Source: an uncultured bacterium (GTDB taxonomy: Bacteria; Krumholzibacteriota; Krumholzibacteriia; LZORAL124-64-63). From it: 64,000 bases of DNA. A program made the position numbers and the translations under genes. The stretch spans positions 64,001 through 128,000 of the forward strand of contig CAVSZB010000001.1 in the NCBI GenBank assembly GCA_963732385.1, in the 5' to 3' direction. Shown here one piece after another: positions 1-8,922 of this stretch. The notes under the pieces are model-generated. The model searched no databases, had not been told where the DNA came from, and was given only the letters and a program-made list of their open reading frames with translations. Each line of letters opens with the position of its first letter. Position 1 is the first letter of the stretch.

Positions 1-2
1 CG

Positions 3-899
3 TACCGCGAAGTGACCGCTCGGGATCTGCCGAGCGTGCGCGACACGGCGCAGCTTCTGCGCCGCGCCGCGTTGCAAACAGCCCACAATACCACCCGGGA
101 GGGTTTCTATATGAAGAGCCTGATTTCGGTGAAGGCGCACCCGTGGCTGGCGGCGACCGCCGCCGCCGTCGTGGTCGCCATGATCCTTGGCGTCGTGCCG
201 GTCAACTACACGGTGACGACGGGGCAGGACGTGACCCTGCAACTCGCCGCCCCGGCGCCGCAGGGCGAAGCGTTGCGCAAGGTCGCCACCGGTCTGCGCG
301 CGGCGCTCCACGCCGACGGCGTGCAGATCGCTCTCACCGACGACGGCGCCGGCCCCGCGGTGCGGCTCGAGGCCGCGGTGCCGTCGCGTCTCGGCGCCGA
401 GGTGCGCCACGCTGCGGCAGCCTACGCCCGCGGCCTGACGGAGCGGGGCATCCCGGCGCAGGCGAGCGTGCAGGCGCGCACCGAGCGGGTCTCCACGAAC
501 GTCTATGCCTTCGCCCGCAGCCGCGCGGTCGAGCTGCGCGTCACCAGCGCCGGGCGCACGCCGGCCGAGATCGAGGCCGACATCCGTGCCCAGCTCGAGG
601 CCGCCGGCCTGGAAAACCCGCAGGTCCAGGTGACGAAGGATGGCGGCCAGACGCAGGTGCAGATCCAGGCGGACGGCGCCCGGGGCGAGTGCGAACAGAA
701 GTTCGAAATCAAGCTGATCGGCCGCGATGACCAGCCGCTCGACGCTTCCCTCAACCGCTTCGAGGTCGAGCGCAGGCCCGGCATGACCGACGCCGACGTC
801 AAGGCCGACATCGAGCGCCAGATGCGCGAGGCCGGCGTCGAGGGCACGGTCACGGTGGTGGACGGCAAGGTCAACGTGAAGGTTGAGGAGCGGCGGTAA
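3..899 (+). CDS. Membrane-anchored hypothetical protein, possibly anti-sigma-like; 5' end may lie outside the window (alternative ATG at 111)
   Basis: Frame is open from base 3; one hydrophobic segment (WLAATAAAVVVAMILGVV); two similar C-terminal units (AEIEADIRAQLEAAG / ADVKADIERQMREAG). Confidence 0.6.
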   Translation, partial: YREVTARDLPSVRDTAQLLRRAALQTAHNTTREGFYMKSLISVKAHPWLAATAAAVVVAMILGVVPVNYTVTTGQDVTLQLAAPAPQGEALRKVATGLRAALHADGVQIALTDDGAGPAVRLEAAVPSRLGAEVRHAAAAYARGLTERGIPAQASVQARTERVSTNVYAFARSRAVELRVTSAGRTPAEIEADIRAQLEAAGLENPQVQVTKDGGQTQVQIQADGARGECEQKFEIKLIGRDDQPLDASLNRFEVERRPGMTDADVKADIERQMREAGVEGTVTVVDGKVNVKVEERR

Positions 900-946
900 G
901 GGCGGCGGACCGCGGTGCGCGCGCCCCGCAGACAAATGATCGCCGG

Positions 947-976
947 GCGAGAGGGCGGCGGGGGCCGTCCTCTCGC
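947..976. terminator. GC-rich hairpin between convergent genes
   Basis: GCGAGAGGGCGGC-gggg-GCCGTCCTCTCGC stem-loop (one G-U pair). Confidence 0.45.
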
Positions 977-1050
977 TTGCGACAGACCGGTGGTCAAGAC
1001 GACTGCGGGTGGCCTGACCGGCCCCAGGTCGCGGTGCGCGATCGCGGTGG

Positions 1051-1506
1051 TCACGGGACGAACGACTTCTCCCGGGGGGCCTCCGCGGCGCCACGCCGCA
1101 AGAAGCTCGCTTCGGCCCACGCCATGACCTCTCCGTCGCGCTTCAGTTCCGCGCGCAGACGGTAAAGGGGCGGCCGCGCCTTCATCAGGCGCGCGCGGAT
1201 CTCCAGTCCGGAGTCGCACGGGACGGGATGCACGTAGCGCACGCGCAACTCGCCCGTGAGCGCAGTTACGCCGCGGTGAAAGAGGCAGTGGGTCATGGCC
1301 GCATCGAGCAGCGCCGCGACCACGCCCCCGTGCAGGAGCCCCTTGTAGCCCTGCAGTCGTTGGTTGCAACGCAGGTCCGCCCAAACCCCGCCGTCGCCGT
1401 CGGGTTGGAAGGCGAGAACCGGCCAGAGCGGACTGCCGCTCCCGCACAGCAGGCAGTGTTCGTGGCCGTGGCGTGCCGCGAGGCCGGCCGCGTCGTCAGT
1501 GGTCAC
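1051..1506 (-). CDS. PaaI-family (hotdog) thioesterase
   Basis: CLLCG N-terminus; GYKGLLHGGVVAALLDAAM motif. Confidence 0.85.
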   Translation of the reverse strand: MTTDDAAGLAARHGHEHCLLCGSGSPLWPVLAFQPDGDGGVWADLRCNQRLQGYKGLLHGGVVAALLDAAMTHCLFHRGVTALTGELRVRYVHPVPCDSGLEIRARLMKARPPLYRLRAELKRDGEVMAWAEASFLRRGAAEAPREKSFVP

Positions 1507-1834
1507 AGGTGTTTCCTCCCACCTCCAGCGAGCCCGCCAGCCAGTCGGTCACGATCCGCTCCGGCGTGTCGGCCGGGGCGCCGACGACGACTTCGATGTT
1601 TTGTGCGGCGAAAAGATCGCGCGCGCGTCCTCCCATGCCGCCGGCGATGATCACGTTCGCGCCGCGCTCGGCCAGCCAGGGCGGCAAAAGACCCGGCTGG
1701 TGCGGCGGCGCCGCAACATCCTCACGACCCAGGATCCGCTTCTGCTGCGGTTCCACGTCGATAAGGGCGAAGCTCTCGCAATGGCCGAAGTGCGGGCACA
1801 GCCGGCCGGAGGCCAGGGGGATGGCGATCTTCAT
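1496..1834 (-). CDS. NifB/NifX-family metal-cluster-binding protein
   Basis: MKIAIP...HFGHC...GGMG...C-terminal NTCDH. Confidence 0.85.
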   Translation of the reverse strand: MKIAIPLASGRLCPHFGHCESFALIDVEPQQKRILGREDVAAPPHQPGLLPPWLAERGANVIIAGGMGGRARDLFAAQNIEVVVGAPADTPERIVTDWLAGSLEVGGNTCDH

Positions 1835-1837
1835 GAT

Positions 1838-2755
1838 TCAGACCTCGTCTTTCTGGAGATTGTGATGCCGCGTGGCGGTATCCGTGATGAGCCCGTCCCA
1901 CAGGCGGCGGATGTCGTCTCCCGCGGGCGCGCCGGTTTCGACCACCGCGCGCGCCGCGATCTGCGCGCGGGTGACTTCGCGATCGTAGCGGATGCGGCCC
2001 GCGATCGAGGCGCCCGCCACGCGCGCGACTGCTTCGATCCTTTCCGCCAGGCCGGGATTGAGATCCCACTTGTTGACGCAGACGGCCGCCGGCACGTTGA
2101 AGTGCCGTGCCAGCGACAGCACGCGCGCCAGATCGTGCTCGCCCGAGACGGTCGGTTCCGTGACCAGCAGCAGCTGTGAGGCACCGGTGACCGAAGCGAT
2201 GACCGGGCAGCCGATGCCCGGTGGCCCGTCCACGATGACCAGCGGCCGCGTGGTCGCCTCCGCAATGCGGCGGGCTTCGCCGCGCACGATGGAGACCAGC
2301 TTGCCCGAGTTCTCGGCCGCCGCAAAGAGCCGCGCGTGCACGAGCGGCCCGCAGCGGGTGTCCGATACCATCCACTCGCCGCAGAGGCGCTCGGGAAAGT
2401 CGATCGCCCCCTCCGGGCATATCCGCACGCAGACGCCACACCCCTCACATGCAACGGTATCGATGACGTATGGGGACCCCGGTGCTCCGGGGGTGAGGGA
2501 GAGCACTGCGCCGAAGCGACAGTGCGCGAGGCAGAGCCCGCAGCCGAGGCAGCTCTCCGCACGGATGACCGCCCCGCGGCCGGCCCGGAACTCGTGGCGC
2601 TCGCGCACGGTGGGCGCGAGCACCAGGTGCAGGTCCGCCGCGTCCACGTCGCAGTCGGCCAGGACCGCATTGCCCGCGAGCACGGCCAGCGAGGCGGCCA
2701 CGCTCGTCTTGCCGGTGCCGCCCTTGCCGCTGAGCACGACTATTTCGCGCGTCAT
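1838..2755 (-). CDS. MinD/ParA-superfamily P-loop ATPase with inserted 2x[4Fe-4S] ferredoxin domain
   Basis: SGKGGTGKT Walker A; DCDVDAADLHL; CxxCxxCxxxC twice; DGPPGIGCP; ATG overlaps upstream TGA. Confidence 0.88.
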   Translation of the reverse strand: MTREIVVLSGKGGTGKTSVAASLAVLAGNAVLADCDVDAADLHLVLAPTVRERHEFRAGRGAVIRAESCLGCGLCLAHCRFGAVLSLTPGAPGSPYVIDTVACEGCGVCVRICPEGAIDFPERLCGEWMVSDTRCGPLVHARLFAAAENSGKLVSIVRGEARRIAEATTRPLVIVDGPPGIGCPVIASVTGASQLLLVTEPTVSGEHDLARVLSLARHFNVPAAVCVNKWDLNPGLAERIEAVARVAGASIAGRIRYDREVTRAQIAARAVVETGAPAGDDIRRLWDGLITDTATRHHNLQKDEV

Positions 2756-3612
2756 CGCGTCCTGACCGCCCGCGCCGCGCGCGGCATCTCCGCCACCCGC
2801 GCGAGCAGCCCGGCCAGCAGCGGCCGGTATTCCGGCACGGCGTCTACCATCAATTCGCCGCGCGAGTAGGCCTCCGCCACGCGCCGGTCGTCCGGGATCT
2901 CGAGTAGCACCGGCAGGCCCTCGCGCGCGCACCAGTGCTGCACGCGGTCATCACCGCTGCCCATCCGGTTGACCACGACGCCGCACGGCAGGCCCAGTTC
3001 GCGCACCGTTCCGACCGCCAGTTCGAGGTCGTGCAGGCCGAACGGCGTGGGCTCGGTGACCAGCAACACCGCGTCCGCGTCGCGAATCGTTGCGACGACG
3101 GGGCACGACGTGCCGGGCGGCGCATCGAGGATCGTCGGAATGCCGTCGCGGCGCGCCGCCTTGACGGCGGCGATCAGCGGCGGTGCCGTGGCCACCCCCA
3201 CGTCGAGGCGGCCCGAGATCAGCGTGATCGGCCCGTCCTCGCGGATCTCGACCTCACCGATGCGCCGCTCGATTTCTCGGATCGCCCCGCGGGGGCAGAG
3301 CAGCGCACATCCGCCGCAACCGTGGCACATCTCCGGAAACACCAGCGGCGTCGTACCGAACGAGACGATGGCGTGCCAGGCGCAGAGCCGGCCGCACTCA
3401 CCGCAGGCGTTGCAGAGCTGCGCGTCCACCGTAGGCACGGGGATGCCGATGATGTGCCGTTCGTGCACCGCGCCGCCCAGGAACAGGTGCGCGTTGGGCT
3501 CCTCGACGTCGCAATCGAGCAGTTGGACGGGGCCGGCGATCACGCGCGCGAGGTTCACCGCGAGCGTGGTCTTGCCGGTCCCGCCCTTGCCCGAGGCGAT
3601 GGCGAGGATCAT
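2752..3612 (-). CDS. MinD/ParA-superfamily P-loop ATPase with ferredoxin insert (partner paralog)
   Basis: SGKGGTGKT; DCDVEEPN; CNACGEC and CHGCGGC; DAPPGTSCP; EPTPFGLHDL. Confidence 0.88.
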   Translation of the reverse strand: MILAIASGKGGTGKTTLAVNLARVIAGPVQLLDCDVEEPNAHLFLGGAVHERHIIGIPVPTVDAQLCNACGECGRLCAWHAIVSFGTTPLVFPEMCHGCGGCALLCPRGAIREIERRIGEVEIREDGPITLISGRLDVGVATAPPLIAAVKAARRDGIPTILDAPPGTSCPVVATIRDADAVLLVTEPTPFGLHDLELAVGTVRELGLPCGVVVNRMGSGDDRVQHWCAREGLPVLLEIPDDRRVAEAYSRGELMVDAVPEYRPLLAGLLARVAEMPRAARAVRTR

Positions 3613-3971
3613 ACCCAGTGTCCTTCCACGTCGGCGTCGTGCGCCGGGACGAGGCGCCCGGCGCGGAACTCCACGAGTGCCGTCGCGACCGTGGCGGCCT
3701 CGGTGTTGTAGACCGTGACCCCCGCCGCCGCGAGCACGCGGAACGCCTTGGGCCCGCAGTGGCCGGTGACCACCGCCCGTGCCCCCGCGCGCACGACCGC
3801 TTCGGCCGCCTGGATGCCGGCGCCCTGTGAAGCGGCGAGGTTCTGCGCGTTGTCGAGCAGTTCCCAGGCGTCGCCGTCGAGATCGTAGACCAGGAACTTC
3901 GGCGCGCGGCCGAACCGGCCGTCCAGGGGTGCGTCGGGCCCGTCGCCCGACGTCGTGAACACGATCTTCAT
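3609..3971 (-). CDS. NifB/NifX-family protein
   Basis: RFGRAPKF...GAGIQAA...TGHCGPKAF motifs. Confidence 0.85.
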   Translation of the reverse strand: MKIVFTTSGDGPDAPLDGRFGRAPKFLVYDLDGDAWELLDNAQNLAASQGAGIQAAEAVVRAGARAVVTGHCGPKAFRVLAAAGVTVYNTEAATVATALVEFRAGRLVPAHDADVEGHWV

Positions 3972-3984
3972 GGTCGTCTCCCGT

Positions 3985-4428
3985 TCAGTTATAGGCCTCC
4001 ATGACGTCACGCGGCTCCCGCATCAGTTCGCCTGCGACGTCATCCATGCTGCTTTCGGTCCAGAAGGGGAGTTGCCGGTGTGCCTCGAGGTACTTGAGCG
4101 GGATGGGGTGGGTGCCGATCACGACCGGCAGCCCATGCACCTTTTCGATGAACTCCCGGAAGCGGCGAATGTGCGGGCACGGCGGATACCCCACGACCAG
4201 GCCGGTCGCAAGGTGGACCACGTCTGCGCCGTTCTTCAGAAACTCCGCCGGGACGTCCTCCACGTTGCCGCCCGGGCAGCCGCCGCAAGTGGAGTACCCC
4301 ACGATCTCGACCGCCTCGTCGGGTGCGTAGCGGGCGAAGGCGCCTCTCCGCTCCCGCAGGGCCCGGAAGCACTTGCCGCCGCCGCAGTCACGGTAGCGGG
4401 CGCAGATGATGATGCCGATGCGCGTCAT
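3985..4428 (-). CDS. CGGC-domain protein
   Basis: CGGGKC, TCGGCPG, YPPCP and GTH motifs. Confidence 0.85.
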   Translation of the reverse strand: MTRIGIIICARYRDCGGGKCFRALRERRGAFARYAPDEAVEIVGYSTCGGCPGGNVEDVPAEFLKNGADVVHLATGLVVGYPPCPHIRRFREFIEKVHGLPVVIGTHPIPLKYLEAHRQLPFWTESSMDDVAGELMREPRDVMEAYN

Positions 4429-4435
4429 ATGGGGC

Positions 4436-4726
4436 TCACTCCGTCGGGGGGGTGGGGGTCAGTTCGTTCAACCGCCGGTGGACGGCATCCAGCCGCTCCT
4501 GCAGCGCCGTGGCCCGATCCTCCAGGCAGCCCCGTTCCTGCCGGAGGTTGGGCGTCACGGCGGGCCCGCCGCGTCTCCGGCCCCCGCCGAAGCCGCGCCC
4601 TTTGCCGAAGCCGCGCCCGGGCTGAGGGTTCATGGACCCGGGCACTCCCGCGCCCGCGCAGAGACCCGCTGCGCGGCCGGTCATGGGGCCCAGGCCCCTG
4701 GGCCCTGTCCTGTCTCCGCCTGGCAT
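4436..4726 (-). CDS. DUF5320-family protein
   Basis: MPGGDRTGPRGLGPMTGRAAGLCAG N-terminus, Gly/Arg-rich middle, coiled-coil C-terminus. Confidence 0.75.
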   Translation of the reverse strand: MPGGDRTGPRGLGPMTGRAAGLCAGAGVPGSMNPQPGRGFGKGRGFGGGRRRGGPAVTPNLRQERGCLEDRATALQERLDAVHRRLNELTPTPPTE

Positions 4727-4752
4727 GATGCGTCCCCTCTCTCTGTGGTTCC

Positions 4753-5385
4753 TTACTTCCGCAGCAGCGCGGTTCCGCACTTCGGGCACTTCTGTTGGGC
4801 GCAGGGCGAGCCTTGCGCGTGGGGCTCCTCGTGACCGCACCTGGGGCAGATGCAAGCGCCGCCCGGCCCGCCAGCCTGGGGGCCGCCCATGCGACCGAGT
4901 CCGCCGCTGCCACGACCGCTGCCACGGCCGCCACCGCCGCCGCCACTGCCACCGCCGATCATATTCATCGTCGCCTCCTCTGTTGTTCCGCCGGCGCTCC
5001 ATCGCGGTCCGCGGCCCCTGGGCCACCCGCAGCAGCCCGGCATCGCGAAGCGGTTTGTTGCCAGCCCGTTGCGCAACCAGGCGCTCACGATTCTGTCCAG
5101 CGGCCCGGCCACGAAGGGGATCAATCGGATTCCCTGCGCGGCCACCATGACGGTCAGGGGGCGCGAAATCGCTCCGCAAACCAGGACATCCACGCCAAGT
5201 TCCGCCAGGTGCAGAACGCGCCCCGTGGGCATGGCGTCAGCGAAATCCGTCCGCGTTTCGGCCGTGATTTCGCCCGCGATCGCGTCCACGAGCAGCAGTT
5301 GCTGCGCAACGTCGAAGACCGGGGCGACCCGGTCCTGCCAGGCCGCGAAGGCCGCTCTCTGAACGGTCGGGTCCATGGGTCGCAT
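4753..5385 (-). CDS. NifB/NifX-like domain in frame with a Gly-rich CxC..C..C..CxxC metal-binding module
   Basis: RVAPVFD...VLVCGAIS...MPGCCG, then GGG linker and CICPRCG...CAQQKCPKCG; internal RBS with ATG at 4968. Confidence 0.7.
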   Translation of the reverse strand: MRPMDPTVQRAAFAAWQDRVAPVFDVAQQLLLVDAIAGEITAETRTDFADAMPTGRVLHLAELGVDVLVCGAISRPLTVMVAAQGIRLIPFVAGPLDRIVSAWLRNGLATNRFAMPGCCGWPRGRGPRWSAGGTTEEATMNMIGGGSGGGGGGRGSGRGSGGLGRMGGPQAGGPGGACICPRCGHEEPHAQGSPCAQQKCPKCGTALLRK

Positions 5386-5397
5386 GACCCGGCCTAT

Positions 5398-5413
5398 TGC
5401 CGGATCCGTGCCA
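5398..5413 (-). promoter_or_regulatory. Sigma54 (-24/-12) promoter of the NifX/ATPase operon
   Basis: Minus strand TGGCAC-GGATC-CGGCA (GG-N10-GC), next to a sigma54 activator gene and an AT-rich patch at ~5440-5470. Confidence 0.6.
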
Positions 5414-5542
5414 GGATCGGCGGGCCCGCGACAGAGACATAACTCAATGCTATTACAATATTTATGGAATGATGCGTTCCGGGCGCGCGCACGTAGAGTC
5501 GCGTATCTGCGACTGAATTTAGATAGTTCGGTCGCGCTTTGG

Positions 5543-6931
5543 CTACTCTGTGGCGGGTTCCCGGGATCGCCCGTCGCGGGGCGGCAGGGCGATATGGAGC
5601 TTCTTCATCCGCCGGAACAGCGTGCTTTTGTGCACGCCCAGCGCGCGCGCTGCGGCGAGACGGTTGAAGCTGTTGCGTCGCAGGGCGGTCAGGATCGAAT
5701 GCCTGTCCAGCAGGTCGCGTGCCGTGCGCATGTCGGTCGTCGCGCCGGGGGCGATGCGCGCCGTGAGGTCGGCAGGCAGGTGCGCCAGCCCGATGTCACC
5801 GTCGTGGCAGAGGATGAAGGCACGCTCGATCACGTTCTCCAGTTCACGGACGTTGCCGGGCCAGTCATGCGCCATGAGCAGCGAAAGCGTTTCCGGCGCC
5901 AGCCCGGTCACTGCCCGTAGCTGCAGGCGGTTGAAACGCTCCACGAATTGCTCCGCGAGCAACGGAATGTCCTCGCGCCGCGATCGCAGTGGCGGCAGCT
6001 CCACCCGCACGACGTTGATGCGGTAGTACAGATCCTCGCGGAATGCCCCCTCGCGCATGCGTTGGGCCAGATCCCGGTGTGTTGCGGCAATCACGCGCAC
6101 GTCGGCGGTTTCGGAGCTATTGCTGCCGAGCGGCTCGTAGGTCCGTTCCTGCAGCACGCGCAGCAGCCGCACCTGCACGGCGGGGCTGAGCTCGCCGATC
6201 TCGTCGAGAAACAGCGTGCCGCCGGCGGCAGCGGCGAATCGCCCCGGCCGGTCGCGACCGGCGCCCGTGAAGGCGCCCGCGCGATAGCCGAACAGCTCCG
6301 ACTCGATCAGCGTCTCTGGCAGCGCGCCGCAGTTGACCGCGACGAAAGGCCCATCGCACCGCGGGCTCAGGTCATGGATGGTGCGCGCGACGAGCTCCTT
6401 GCCGGTGCCGGTATCGCCCACGATCAACACGGTGCTCGGGCTCGCGGCGATGGTCGGCAGGATCTCGAACACACGCTGCATGAGGGGGCTGCGACTGACC
6501 AGGTCGCCCGCGCGGAAACGACCCGCCAGTTCCTCGCGCAACGCCTCGACTTCGCTCAGGTCGCGGAAGGTCTCGGCCCCGCCGATCACGCGGCCGGACG
6601 CATCGCGCAGCACGGCGGTCGAAACGCTGATCGGGATGCGCGAGCCGTCACCGCGCACGATGTAGGCCGATTGTCCGATCACCGGACGCTTCGACTTGAG
6701 CGTGCGTCCCAGCGCGCAGTCCGTCTCGCACATGCTGGCGCGGAAGACGTCGCAGCAGCGCTGCCCCAGCGCCTCGCGGCGCGGCACGCCGGTTATCTGC
6801 ACGGCGGCGCGGTTGAACGAGGTGATGCGCCACTCGAGGTCCACGGTGAAAACGCCGTCGGAGATGCTCTCGAGGATCGCCTCGGTCGAAGCGGGGGCGG
6901 CGGGCTGCGGCTTCGCGCGGCGGGCAGTCAT
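5543..6931 (-). CDS. PAS-domain sigma54-dependent transcriptional activator (Fis-type HTH)
   Basis: PAS (ISDGVFTVD); [14 protein letters not shown]...[25 protein letters not shown]-terminal HTH. Confidence 0.92.
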   Translation of the reverse strand: MTARRAKPQPAAPASTEAILESISDGVFTVDLEWRITSFNRAAVQITGVPRREALGQRCCDVFRASMCETDCALGRTLKSKRPVIGQSAYIVRGDGSRIPISVSTAVLRDASGRVIGGAETFRDLSEVEALREELAGRFRAGDLVSRSPLMQRVFEILPTIAASPSTVLIVGDTGTGKELVARTIHDLSPRCDGPFVAVNCGALPETLIESELFGYRAGAFTGAGRDRPGRFAAAAGGTLFLDEIGELSPAVQVRLLRVLQERTYEPLGSNSSETADVRVIAATHRDLAQRMREGAFREDLYYRINVVRVELPPLRSRREDIPLLAEQFVERFNRLQLRAVTGLAPETLSLLMAHDWPGNVRELENVIERAFILCHDGDIGLAHLPADLTARIAPGATTDMRTARDLLDRHSILTALRRNSFNRLAAARALGVHKSTLFRRMKKLHIALPPRDGRSREPATE

Positions 6932-7095
6932 GACATCATCCCCGGGGCGCGCCGGCATGACGCGCGTCAGAGGCTTCCGGACCCAGATTAGGCGATCCGC
7001 GCCGGCGGTCAAGGTCGCGGGCCATCCGGTTGCTGTTGTCACTGGCAATCAGCATGGCCGCGGGCGTGGGCCAGCAACGGCAAGTCGAGTCCGGC

Positions 7096-8862
7096 CTAGA
7101 TCACCTCGGACCAGCGCGGCGAGGCAGCGAAGGCCGCGTGGATCAAACCGACATGGGAGTAGGCCTGCGGAAAGTTGCCCCACATCCGCAGGCCCTCCAC
7201 ATCATAATCCTCGGAGAAGAGTCCCAGGGGCGAGGCCGCCGACATGGTGTGCTTGAGCAGCTCCCGCGCTTCAGCGGTGCGGCCCACCATGACGAGCGCT
7301 TCGACCAGCCAGAACGTGCACATGATGAAGGCGACCGTGGGCACTCCGAAGCCGTCGTCCACCTTGTAGCGCAGCAGCAGGCCGTTCCGTTCGAGTTCGC
7401 GCCAGACGACGTCGATGGTGGCGGCGAGACGCTGGTCGTCCGCCGGCAGCATGCGCAGGCTGGCCATCTGCAGGAGCGAGGCGTCGAGGCCGGCGCCGCC
7501 GTAGGTCGCCACGAAGGTTCCCCGGGTTTCGTTCCACGCCTTCGCGATGATCTCCTCGCGGATGCGCCCGGCCGCCTGCCGGAGCTCGGCCGCCTCGGCG
7601 GAGCGACCCCGCTCGAGCACCAGGGCCATGCGGTCGGCGGCCGCCCAGCACATCAGGCTGCTGAACGTCTGGGGTTGCGCGGCATGACGGAATTCCCAGA
7701 TGCCCGTGTCAGGCGTGCCGGCGACGGCGATCGCCTTGCGCGCCAGCCGGCGCAGCAGGTCGAGGGTCTCGCGCGAGCGCTCGGCGGTGAAGCGGTCGTC
7801 CAGGAAGACAGGACAGAGGGCGAGGACCATCTCCCCGAAGACGTCGTTCTGGCGCTGCTTCGCCGCCGCGTTGCCGATCCGCACCGGGCCTTCCCCGTTG
7901 AAGCCTGGCCAGGCCGGGAGCGTGCTCTCTTCGAGGTCCATCGTCGCGTCGATGCGGTAGAGGGGAGCCAGGTCGAGGTCCGGGCTCGCGCTCGCCACGT
8001 TGATGAGGTAGCGGACGAATCGCTCCCGCTCTCCGAAATGGCCGAGCAGCCGGAACGCCGACAGCGCGTAGTACGCGTCGCGCAGCCAGCAGTAGCGGTA
8101 GTCCCACGTCCGGCCACTGCCGGGCGACTCCGGGATCGACGTCGTCATGGATGCCACGATGGCGCCGGTGTCATCGAAACAGTGCAGTTTCAGGGCGAGC
8201 GCCGAGCGGATGACCTCCTGCTGGAATTCCGGCGGGACGTGGCACTCCTTCACCCAGCGCCGCCAGTAGCGGATGGTCTCGTGCAGGAAGCGCTCGCAGA
8301 GCGGCGCGAGCGGCTCCTCGATCGGTGAGCCCCAGGTCAGGATGAGGTAGCGCCGCTCCGTCAGCGCGAACGGCTGGCCGGAAAGGTACGAGATGGGGAT
8401 GTCGGTGGTGAGGCGGAGCTGAGCCGGAAAGCCGTCGAAACGGATGTGGTTCGAGCCGGGCATGCGGCGCGGGGATTCCTTGGACCACCCGAGACGCGGC
8501 TCGCACGCGACGCGGATGCGCGGCGTGCCGACGATCGGCTCGACGATGCGGATGAGCTGCATCGGGCGGAACGTCCGGTCATACTGGTGGAAGCGCGGCG
8601 CGAAGTCGATGAGGCGCACCCCGCCGTCAGGCGTGTCGAAGGTGGTTTCGAGCACGTTCGTGTTGTCGAGGTAGCGCTGGACGCCGGGTGAGCCGTCGGC
8701 CGGCCCAACCTGGAAATGGCCGCCCTCGCGCGCGTCGAGCAGGGTGGAGAACACCGGGTCGGAGTCGAACCGGGGCAGGCAGCACCACACCACCGAGCCG
8801 TTCCGCTCGACGAGGGCCGAGTACTGGCAGTTGCCGATGAGTCCCAGATCCTCCAGTCGCAT
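7096..8862 (-). CDS. Glycoside hydrolase family 15 (trehalase/glucoamylase-like)
   Basis: LIGNC...WCCLPRFDS; TTSIPE...WDYRYCWLRD; GNFPQAYSHVGLI. Confidence 0.9.
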   Translation of the reverse strand: MRLEDLGLIGNCQYSALVERNGSVVWCCLPRFDSDPVFSTLLDAREGGHFQVGPADGSPGVQRYLDNTNVLETTFDTPDGGVRLIDFAPRFHQYDRTFRPMQLIRIVEPIVGTPRIRVACEPRLGWSKESPRRMPGSNHIRFDGFPAQLRLTTDIPISYLSGQPFALTERRYLILTWGSPIEEPLAPLCERFLHETIRYWRRWVKECHVPPEFQQEVIRSALALKLHCFDDTGAIVASMTTSIPESPGSGRTWDYRYCWLRDAYYALSAFRLLGHFGERERFVRYLINVASASPDLDLAPLYRIDATMDLEESTLPAWPGFNGEGPVRIGNAAAKQRQNDVFGEMVLALCPVFLDDRFTAERSRETLDLLRRLARKAIAVAGTPDTGIWEFRHAAQPQTFSSLMCWAAADRMALVLERGRSAEAAELRQAAGRIREEIIAKAWNETRGTFVATYGGAGLDASLLQMASLRMLPADDQRLAATIDVVWRELERNGLLLRYKVDDGFGVPTVAFIMCTFWLVEALVMVGRTAEARELLKHTMSAASPLGLFSEDYDVEGLRMWGNFPQAYSHVGLIHAAFAASPRWSEVI

Positions 8863-8922
8863 GCACCCAAGATAGCGGATTTCATTTGCTATTCAAACTA
8901 CTTTGTGCTTTCGTGACCGCAT

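Noticed and set aside
4905..4960. (GCC/ACC)n short repeats
   Set aside because: They encode the Gly-rich linker of the Cys-rich module; not an independent repeat element.
1496..5385. Reading the NifB/NifX-like genes as nitrogen fixation
   Set aside because: No nifHDK or nifEN in the window; this domain family is widespread outside diazotrophs.
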